The position numbers were made by a program, and so were the translations under genes. Below, piece after piece: positions 52,250 through 58,770 of a stretch of 58,770 nucleotides of DNA; positions within the stretch are counted from its first letter, which is position 1; every line of letters begins with the position of its first letter. This DNA is from an uncultured Candidatus Saccharibacteria bacterium (GTDB lineage Bacteria; Patescibacteriota; Minisyncoccia; Phycocordibacterales; Zambryskibacteraceae), in the NCBI GenBank assembly GCA_964646785.1, contig CAZYGU010000002.1, positions 1 through 58,770 of the forward strand. Reading direction: 5' to 3'. Under the pieces are notes generated by a model. That model was not told where the DNA came from. It did not search any database and saw nothing but the letters and a program-made list of their open reading frames with translations.

Positions 52250-53872
52250 ATGGATATAAACACTTGTTACGAAGCAGGTAAAGACTTTTACTCAATTGCG
52301 ACATATTCGCACTTGGTTCCAATCGCTATAACACTTTTTCTTAGTATCTACATTCTTTTTAAGACAAAGTTTTCTTTTCAATCAATCGTCTTTAGTCTTT
52401 TCTCAGGTTTTTTCTGCCTCTGGCTTGCTGGGGACCTCATAACATGGACATCAACAAATTACGATCTTCTTGTAGCATCGTGGTCACAACTTGATAACAT
52501 CAATATTATCTTTTTTGTTTTAGCAGCATATTTTTTTGTTGTAACAATTCGAGAGAGAGATGTGAGTATTCGCCATAAGATTTTTTTGTTTCTACTTACA
52601 TTACCTGGATTTTATTCAACGATCCTTTTGCAAACTGCACAAAACTTTGATCAAGCGTTTTGTAACGTTACTAATAGTAACTTCCTTACCCAATACAAAC
52701 TTATTCAAGAATTTATCTGTATCGCATATATTATCTTCATTGGATATCTAGAGTTTGTTAAAGATAAAAATGATTCAACAAAGCGGTCAAAAATATTTTA
52801 TATCGGAAGTGCATTCTCTCTCTTTTTAGGAGTATTTGCAGTGACTGAGTATTTGGCATCCGAGTATGGTGGAATTGCCTATACCGTAAGCTTGTATGGT
52901 TTATTTATCTTGCCGCTGTTTCTACTTATAGTTATTTTTTCAATTGTGCGATTCCAAATGTTTGACCTCAAAAGAATTGGTACACAACTACTGGTATACG
53001 TGTTAGTTATTATAGTTGCAACTCAGTTTCTTTTCCTTGAAAATTCAACAAACAAAATCCTTAATTCAATTACTCTTTTTCTTGCTGTTAGTTTTGCATA
53101 CATGCTTATTAAAAGTATTAATCAAGAAAGAAACTACCTTACACAAATCGAAAAACTTGCATCTGATTTACAAATCGCAAACGACGGCCAAACAAATCTT
53201 ATCCATGTTATTAACCACCAAATTAAGGGCTACATTGCAAAGAGTAGAAATATTTTCTCGGAACTTCTTACTGAGCCTTTGTATGGACCTGTTTCAGATG
53301 CTGCAAAGCCAATGATGAAGGAAGGTTTCAATTCATTAACAGAGGGAGTTGATTTTGTTCAGCAAATTCTCAATGCATCTAATATAGAAAAAGGAACGAT
53401 GGCATACTTCATGCAACCGTTTGATATGAAAAAAGTTGTTGAAGAAGTTACTGAAAAACAAAGACCCTTGGCAGAAGCAAAAGGTCTTCGTTTTGAAACT
53501 ATTATTGATGAGGGGAATTTCGAAATTAATGGTGACCGGGCTCAACTTAAGGAAGCTGTTCGCAATCTCATTGATAATTCAATCAATTACACGATAAAGG
53601 GATCTGTTAGTGTTCACTTAACAAATGGCGCAGGAAAGATACTACTTACTGTAAAAGATACTGGAATTGGAATTACAGACGAAGACAAGAAAAGGTTATT
53701 TACAAAGGGAGGAAGAGGGAAGAATTCAATTAAGATCAATGTTAACAGTAGTGGATATGGACTATCATTTGTGAAAGGTGTAATTGATGCACATAAAGGC
53801 AAGGTATGGTGTGAATCAGATGGTCAAGAAAAAGGGTCTACGTTCTATGCGGAATTACCGCTTACCTCGTAG
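52250..53872 (+). CDS. sensor histidine kinase with a multi-pass membrane sensor region
   Basis: About 7 hydrophobic helices in the first 290 aa. H-box LIHVINHQIKGY, N-box RNLIDNSINYT, G1 VKDTGIGI, and G2 SGYGLSFVKGVIDAHKGKVW. No response regulator gene is adjacent in this window. Confidence 0.8.
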   Translation: MDINTCYEAGKDFYSIATYSHLVPIAITLFLSIYILFKTKFSFQSIVFSLFSGFFCLWLAGDLITWTSTNYDLLVASWSQLDNINIIFFVLAAYFFVVTIRERDVSIRHKIFLFLLTLPGFYSTILLQTAQNFDQAFCNVTNSNFLTQYKLIQEFICIAYIIFIGYLEFVKDKNDSTKRSKIFYIGSAFSLFLGVFAVTEYLASEYGGIAYTVSLYGLFILPLFLLIVIFSIVRFQMFDLKRIGTQLLVYVLVIIVATQFLFLENSTNKILNSITLFLAVSFAYMLIKSINQERNYLTQIEKLASDLQIANDGQTNLIHVINHQIKGYIAKSRNIFSELLTEPLYGPVSDAAKPMMKEGFNSLTEGVDFVQQILNASNIEKGTMAYFMQPFDMKKVVEEVTEKQRPLAEAKGLRFETIIDEGNFEINGDRAQLKEAVRNLIDNSINYTIKGSVSVHLTNGAGKILLTVKDTGIGITDEDKKRLFTKGGRGKNSIKINVNSSGYGLSFVKGVIDAHKGKVWCESDGQEKGSTFYAELPLTS

Positions 53873-53916
53873 TACAGCTTTTAAAATAGCCTTTTCTTTG
53901 ATACGCTCTAAGGAAC

Positions 53917-54897
53917 ATGAAATCAGAAACTATTCTCGTATCTGGGGTTAAACCAACAGGGAAGCCACATATTGGAAACTACTTTGGTGCAATGAAGCAA
54001 TTCGTTGATCTTCAAGATACGTATCAGAGTTACATTTTTATAGTGGATCTTCATGCACTTACAACAGTTCAAAATAGAAAAGAGCTGGAAGAGAACACAC
54101 TAAATGTTGCACTTGATTATCTTGCAATTGGTATCGATCCTTCAAAAACAATACTCTATAAACAATCAGATGTACCACAAGTAACTGAACTATCTTGGAT
54201 TTTTTCTTGCCTTACCACAATGCCGTATCTGATGAGAGCTCACGCATTTAAGGATGCGGAGGCAAAGAACAAAGAAATTAATGTTGGGGTATTCAACTAC
54301 CCACTCCTTATGGCAGCGGATATCTTGCTACCTGATGCAGATGTAGTTCCAGTTGGCCTAGATCAAAAGCAGCACATTGAAATTACTCGTGATGTTGCTG
54401 AAAAGTTTAATCGCATTTATGGAGAAACGTTCAAATTGCCAAAACCAATCATTCTTGAGAATGTTCAAACAATTATTGGGACTGATGGTCAAAAAATGAG
54501 CAAGAGCTACAAAAATACAATCCCACTTTTTGCAACTGATGAGGAAATCAAGAGTGCTGTCATGAAAATTCCAACTGATTCAAAAGGAGTTGAGGATAAA
54601 AAAGACTCTGAGAAAGATAATGTTTTTGCACTTCATAAATTATTTACCGTAGGACCTGAGCTTGAAGAATTGCGTGACCGCTATGAATCTGGAGGTATTG
54701 GCTACAAGGAATCAAAAGACATATTGATAAAAAACATTATCAAGACCATTTCACCAATGAGAGAAAGGAGAAAAGTACTTGAGCAAGATATAGACTCAGT
54801 AAAAGAAATTCTTAGAAAAGGAGGGAATGTCGCTCGAGCTCGTATTGAAGAAAAGATGCAGGATGTACGCAAAAAGGTTGGTCTTACAGTTGCATAG
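53917..54897 (+). CDS. trpS: tryptophan--tRNA ligase
   Basis: GVKPTGKPHIGNYFGA (HIGH region) and KMSKS (QKMSKSYKN). 326 aa is typical for TrpRS. Confidence 0.9.
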   Translation: MKSETILVSGVKPTGKPHIGNYFGAMKQFVDLQDTYQSYIFIVDLHALTTVQNRKELEENTLNVALDYLAIGIDPSKTILYKQSDVPQVTELSWIFSCLTTMPYLMRAHAFKDAEAKNKEINVGVFNYPLLMAADILLPDADVVPVGLDQKQHIEITRDVAEKFNRIYGETFKLPKPIILENVQTIIGTDGQKMSKSYKNTIPLFATDEEIKSAVMKIPTDSKGVEDKKDSEKDNVFALHKLFTVGPELEELRDRYESGGIGYKESKDILIKNIIKTISPMRERRKVLEQDIDSVKEILRKGGNVARARIEEKMQDVRKKVGLTVA

Positions 54898-54931
54898 AAC
54901 TCTTGTTCAGAAAGGTATATTTTGTTAGTAT

Positions 54932-55110
54932 TGCAATGTTACCGAAGACCCGGCTGACACCGGCGAGGAAAGAGAAAGAAAGCTCTCATGAGTAAGTAGA
55001 ATCTCTCGGACACTACACTGAATGTAGAAATGAAGCACAAACACAGGGTGGCACCGCGACTCCGTCGCCCCTGCGAATTTACGAGATAATAAATTCGGAG
55101 GGGCTTTTTT
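54932..55110 (+). promoter_or_regulatory. T-box leader riboswitch with antiterminator/terminator switch controlling aspS
   Basis: The T-box sequence agggtggcaccgcg lies at 55045-55058. The canonical antiterminator has these parts:
- helix A1: caggg (55044-48) paired with ccctg (55069-73)
- 7-nt bulge: tggcacc (55049-55)
- helix A2: gcgac (55056-60) paired with gtcgc (55064-68)
- loop: tcc
The competing terminator pairs gcccctgcgaattt (55067-80) with aaattcggaggggc (55091-104), with one mismatch, followed by tttttt (55105-10). A candidate promoter, TTGTTC-17-TAGTAT, lies at 54903-54931. Confidence 0.8.
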
Positions 55111-55135
55111 GTTGCTCCGAATGCAATCATTCATC

Positions 55136-56431
55136 ATGAAAAAAGTAATTCATATTAAAGAGGCAAATGCGCATGCAGGCACAAGTGAGTCCATTCAAGG
55201 ATTCGTGCATACAATTCGTTTGCAAAGTAAAATTGCATTTATTGTTGTCCGAGATTTAAGTGGAATGATTCAACTTGTTGTCGAAAAGGATAACCCAGCA
55301 TTTGCAATTGCTGAAAAACTTTCGCTTGAATCGGTTGTTTGCGCTACAGGAGCACTAAAAACAGAAGCGAACGCAGTAGGTGGAGTCGAAATGCATCCAA
55401 CAGAAATTGAAATTCTTTCTTTAGCAGAACCAGAGCTTCCTATTCCAGTTGTTGCAAAAAAGGGAGGAGAGGAAACTGACGCTCCAATTCGTTTCGATTA
55501 TCGATGGCTCGACATTAGAAAGCCTGAGAAAGCTCTTATTTTTAAGACATGGACAGCATTTGAAAAAGGCTGGAGAAAGTACTGGGATGAAAATGGATTT
55601 ATCCAAATCTATACACCATCATTTATGTCGACTCCATCTGAAACAGGGGCAGAAGTATTTACTGTAAACTACTTTGATAGAAAAGCTTACCTTGCTCAAT
55701 CACCACAATTTTATAAACAAATGGGAATTGCTTCAGGTCTTGAAAGAGTATGTATGGTTGGTCCAGTATTCCGTGCAGAAGAATCATTTACTACACGTCA
55801 TCTTACCGAATTCACCGGTTGGGACTTTGAAATTGCATACGTTGAAAGCCATCATGACATTATGGATTTTGAAGAAGGGATGATTGTTTCAGGATTTGAA
55901 GCAGTGAACAACGCAAATCTCGGAATCAATCTTGAAATTCCATCACGTCCGTTTCCTCGTATCACAATGGTAGAAGCAAAGAAAATCCTTGCGGAGAGAG
56001 GAGTTCAGTCAGGAGAAGAACATGATCTTTCTCCAGAAGAGGAGCGTGGGATTTGTGAGTATGTTAAAGAAAAACACAACCATGACTTTGTATTTATCAT
56101 GGAATATCACAAATCAAAAAGTGCGTTTTATCACATGAGAACTGAAGAGGGAGGAGACCGTTCACGACGTGCCGACCTTCTATACCGAGGTATCGAAGTA
56201 ACAACCCTTGCTCAGCGAGAGCATCGGGTAGAAATTCTTGAGAAACAAGCAACAGAAAAAGGAATGGATCTCGAACCACTCAAAGATTATATAAACTTCT
56301 TTAGGTACGGCTGTCCTCCGCATGGAGGTGGAGGTGTTGGTCCAGGACGATTTATCATGAAAATTCTTGATCTTCCTAATGTCCGTGAAGCAACATATCT
56401 TCCACGTGACGTGAAGCGACTCAACCCATAA
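55136..56431 (+). CDS. aspS: aspartate--tRNA ligase, archaeal/type-2-like (possibly non-discriminating; AsnRS not fully excluded)
   Basis: Class IIb features: an N-terminal OB fold (GFVHTIRLQSKIAFIVVRD), QSPQFYKQM, motif 2 FRAEESFTTRHLTEFTGWDFE, and motif 3 GCPPHGGGGVGPGRF...LPRD. I start it at ATG 55136, after the T-box terminator. Track start TTG 55109 lies inside the terminator T-run. Confidence 0.75.
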   Translation: MKKVIHIKEANAHAGTSESIQGFVHTIRLQSKIAFIVVRDLSGMIQLVVEKDNPAFAIAEKLSLESVVCATGALKTEANAVGGVEMHPTEIEILSLAEPELPIPVVAKKGGEETDAPIRFDYRWLDIRKPEKALIFKTWTAFEKGWRKYWDENGFIQIYTPSFMSTPSETGAEVFTVNYFDRKAYLAQSPQFYKQMGIASGLERVCMVGPVFRAEESFTTRHLTEFTGWDFEIAYVESHHDIMDFEEGMIVSGFEAVNNANLGINLEIPSRPFPRITMVEAKKILAERGVQSGEEHDLSPEEERGICEYVKEKHNHDFVFIMEYHKSKSAFYHMRTEEGGDRSRRADLLYRGIEVTTLAQREHRVEILEKQATEKGMDLEPLKDYINFFRYGCPPHGGGGVGPGRFIMKILDLPNVREATYLPRDVKRLNP

Positions 56432-56434
56432 CTC

Positions 56435-57208
56435 ATGAGTGAAGAAGAATTTAAAATAAAAACTCAAGTATTTGAAGGTCCACTCGACTTACTGCTTTCA
56501 CTTATCGAAAAGCGTAAGTTATTCATTAGTGATATCTCGCTTGCGGAAGTTGCAGATGACTTCATTGAATACATCAAAACATTTGAGGAATTTCCTGTTG
56601 ATATGACAGCAAATTTTATTTTGATTGCATCAACACTTCTTCTTATTAAATCGAAATCTCTGCTTCCTTCAATGACTCTGACAACTGAAGAAGAAGGAAG
56701 TATTGAGGACCTTGAAGCTCGTTTAAAGATGTATCAGCGAATTAAGGACGTCTCTCGTCATATCTCAGAACGATTCGGAAAAACAATCATCTTTCCTAAA
56801 ACAGCAAGTAAAATTGTAAATCCAATTTTTTCACCGAATGAGGATATGACGACTCTCAATATGCTTGTGTCGATGAAACGAGTTATTGAATCTATTCCAA
56901 AAAAGGAACTTCTTCCTAAAACAGTTGTACGAAAAATTATTAGTCTCGAAGAAATGATTGGAAGATTAACAGAACGGGTACAAGGAAGTTTGAAAATGAA
57001 TTTTAGTGATTTTGCATCAACTCAAGGGGAAACACGAGCACAAGGATCTCGTCACGTAACTACAAAAGAAGATAAGGTAAAAATTATTGTGAGTTTTCTT
57101 GCGATGCTCGAACTCGTAAAACAAGGAATCATTCAAGTGTCTCAAAATGATTTTTCAGAAGATATTTCTATGGAAACCAAGTCTCTTGGGGTTCCTCAAT
57201 ATGAGTAA
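56435..57208 (+). CDS. scpA: segregation and condensation protein A
   Basis: FEGPLDLLLSLIEKRKLFISDISLAEVADDF is the typical ScpA N-terminus. The C-terminal winged helix has VSFLAMLELVKQG. Confidence 0.85.
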   Translation: MSEEEFKIKTQVFEGPLDLLLSLIEKRKLFISDISLAEVADDFIEYIKTFEEFPVDMTANFILIASTLLLIKSKSLLPSMTLTTEEEGSIEDLEARLKMYQRIKDVSRHISERFGKTIIFPKTASKIVNPIFSPNEDMTTLNMLVSMKRVIESIPKKELLPKTVVRKIISLEEMIGRLTERVQGSLKMNFSDFASTQGETRAQGSRHVTTKEDKVKIIVSFLAMLELVKQGIIQVSQNDFSEDISMETKSLGVPQYE

Positions 57209-57226
57209 TTTTGATACAGTACCACT

Positions 57227-57790
57227 ATGAATTCTTCCCTTGATTCCCAAATAGAAGCTATCCTCTTTTTTAAAGGTGAACCTGTTACAAAAACAGTACT
57301 TTCCAAACTCACAAATACCTCACTAGACGAGGTGAATGAAGCCATTCGAACACTATCAGAAAAACTCAATAATAGAGGTATTGTTCTAGTAGAAGCATCT
57401 GAGGGTCTCATGCTCGGTACAGCACCCTCTATAAGCCCATTAATTGAGGCTATAGCGAAGGAAGAGCTCAGCCGTGATCTTGGAAAAGCAGGCTTAGAAA
57501 CCCTCGCCATAGTGGCATATAAAGGCTCTGCGAGTAAGCGTGAAATTGACTATATTCGTGGGGTGAATTCGGGCTTTATTTTAAGAAATCTTCTTATTCG
57601 TGGACTAGTAAAAAGAGAGGAAAGTAAGGGTGAACGAGGCTTTATTTATAGCCCAACAATTGAACTCCTTTCGTACATGGGAGTGACAAAACCTGAGGAT
57701 ATGCCAGAATTTGAAGTCATGAAAAAAGAACTTGAAGATTTTTTTGTGAGAACCGACGAAGAGAGTACTGAACAAATCCAAAACGAATAA
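57227..57790 (+). CDS. scpB: segregation and condensation protein B
   Basis: IEAILFFKGEPVT and GLETLAIVAYKGSASKREIDYIRGVNSGFILRNLLIRGLV. It follows scpA. Confidence 0.85.
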   Translation: MNSSLDSQIEAILFFKGEPVTKTVLSKLTNTSLDEVNEAIRTLSEKLNNRGIVLVEASEGLMLGTAPSISPLIEAIAKEELSRDLGKAGLETLAIVAYKGSASKREIDYIRGVNSGFILRNLLIRGLVKREESKGERGFIYSPTIELLSYMGVTKPEDMPEFEVMKKELEDFFVRTDEESTEQIQNE

Positions 57791-57792
57791 GT

Positions 57793-58764
57793 ATGTCACT
57801 GACTTTCAATCAACAAAATTTTCATCTGTCTAATGACAATAAGAAGCTTCTAAATTTAGCGCTTCTGCTCATTCTTGCGCTTTCAATTATTACTCTTGTC
57901 TCACTCTATACATCGCGAGCAGTTCGAGTACCAGATCAAAATATTATTGTAAAGGAAAAAATTGATCCTTTTGTAAACCTCAATGTAGAAGGTAAGGCGG
58001 TCCTTGTGTACGACATTGCAAACAAGAAAGCAATATACTCAAAAAATGCTGATGTTGTGCTACCTCTCGCATCAATCACAAAAATTTTGACTGCTGTTAC
58101 TGCTGTTGAACTCCTTCCACATGATACTGTTGTGACAATAAACAAAGAATTTTTGCGTGAAGAAGGTGATAGCGGACTTCTCAATAGTGAAAGGTGGAAA
58201 CTTGCTGACCTCATCAGTTTTAGTCTTATGGTTTCTTCAAACGATGGTGCTGCAGCTATTGCCTCTGTTGCAGGTGCGTTTGCTCGCACGGAGGACCCTA
58301 GTGCTCTTAGTCGTTCTGAGTTCATCGATAAAATGAATGCTCAAGCAAAAAAAATTGGCATGATGAATTCTCGTTTTTATAATGAATCTGGACTTGATGT
58401 GAATACAAACCAAAGTGGCGGGTACGGAACTGCACAGGATCTTGTTTCGTTATTCTCATACGCATTAAAAGAACATCCTGTTGTACTTTCAGCAACACGA
58501 TACGATACTCTGTCGTTTACATCACTCAACAACGTGAGTCATAATGCCGTGAACACTGACACGATTATCAATACCATCCCAGGTATTTTGGGTTCTAAAA
58601 CTGGATACACAGAAATTGCAGGAGGAAACCTCGCTGTTGTGTTCGATGCAGGTATCGGGCGACCAATTGTAGCAGTAGTACTCGGATCAAGTTATGACGG
58701 ACGTTTTACAGACATGAAGGCACTTGTCGATAAAACATTCGAATATATCGAACAAGGAAATTGA
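57793..58764 (+). CDS. D-alanyl-D-alanine carboxypeptidase (PBP5/S11 family)
   Basis: N-terminal TM helix, plus SxxK (LASITKILTAV), SxN (VSSNDGA) and KTG (SKTGYT) active-site motifs. Confidence 0.85.
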   Translation: MSLTFNQQNFHLSNDNKKLLNLALLLILALSIITLVSLYTSRAVRVPDQNIIVKEKIDPFVNLNVEGKAVLVYDIANKKAIYSKNADVVLPLASITKILTAVTAVELLPHDTVVTINKEFLREEGDSGLLNSERWKLADLISFSLMVSSNDGAAAIASVAGAFARTEDPSALSRSEFIDKMNAQAKKIGMMNSRFYNESGLDVNTNQSGGYGTAQDLVSLFSYALKEHPVVLSATRYDTLSFTSLNNVSHNAVNTDTIINTIPGILGSKTGYTEIAGGNLAVVFDAGIGRPIVAVVLGSSYDGRFTDMKALVDKTFEYIEQGN

Positions 58765-58770
58765 TGTGTG

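Noticed and set aside
1109-55135. Upstream-extended start codons proposed by the ORF track: 1109 (Nudix), 33564 (mnmA, GTG), 40531, 42982 (rpsK, TTG), 46105 (grpE), 50389 and 55109 (aspS, TTG).
   Set aside because: Each extension overlaps the preceding gene or a terminator, or adds non-conserved residues. Internal ATGs (1211, 33588, 40564, 43003, 46243, 50467, 55136) give N-termini typical of the families.
54925-55137. Two minus-strand ORFs (70 and 63 aa) between trpS and aspS.
   Set aside because: The region is fully explained by a T-box leader RNA on the + strand, with antiterminator and terminator helices.
1-58770. Alternative genetic code (UGA recoded as Gly, as in Gracilibacteria/Absconditabacteria), given the CPR-like content.
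   Set aside because: All conserved genes are full length under the standard code. TGA is used as a genuine stop, for example at 153-155, 22828-22830 and 33560-33562.

Overview
This 58.8-kb window is an AT-rich, very gene-dense chromosome segment. It uses the standard genetic code and has about 48 protein genes, all but one on the + strand. The gene content points to a streamlined Candidate Phyla Radiation / Patescibacteria (Parcubacteria-like) bacterium. This is an inference from several signs: shortened housekeeping proteins (AlaRS without the C-Ala domain, a 115-aa L13), a DUF5671-like membrane protein, a sigma-region-4/HARE-HTH protein, cohesin-domain membrane proteins, and almost no Shine-Dalgarno sites.

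Housekeeping content:
- pgi and a ROK kinase
- ychF, leuS, mltG, mnmA, a family-4 UDG and alaS
- infA-rpmJ-rpsM-rpsK-rpsD-rpoA-rplQ-rplM-rpsI, then grpE-dnaK-dnaJ
- a sensor histidine kinase, trpS, aspS, scpA-scpB and a PBP5-type carboxypeptidase

The outstanding feature is a three-gene operon at 5467..24566.
- The first gene is a single 16.5-kb ORF encoding a 5,497-aa secreted giant. It has a unique N-terminal head, about 50 GLUG-type glycine-rich repeats, 16 fibronectin-III modules, and a C-terminal duplicated Ca-binding dockerin segment.
- It is followed without a gap by two paralogous proteins, each with a signal peptide, a cohesin-like module and a C-terminal transmembrane anchor.
- I read this as a self-contained cohesin-dockerin system that tethers a giant adhesin-like fibre to the cell membrane. 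It is a candidate host-attachment apparatus.

Other notable items:
- a degenerate Nudix domain inserted inside LeuRS
- a textbook T-box antiterminator/terminator switch in front of aspS
- a gene for an ATP-cone domain fused to a restriction-endonuclease core, packed against a Cas4-like nuclease gene and UDG
- recurrent -10 boxes 6-9 nt from ATG, which suggests leaderless mRNAs
- two GC-richer orphan genes
- a short antisense 23S-rRNA-like fragment

I found no tRNA or full rRNA genes, CRISPR arrays, transposases or integrases.
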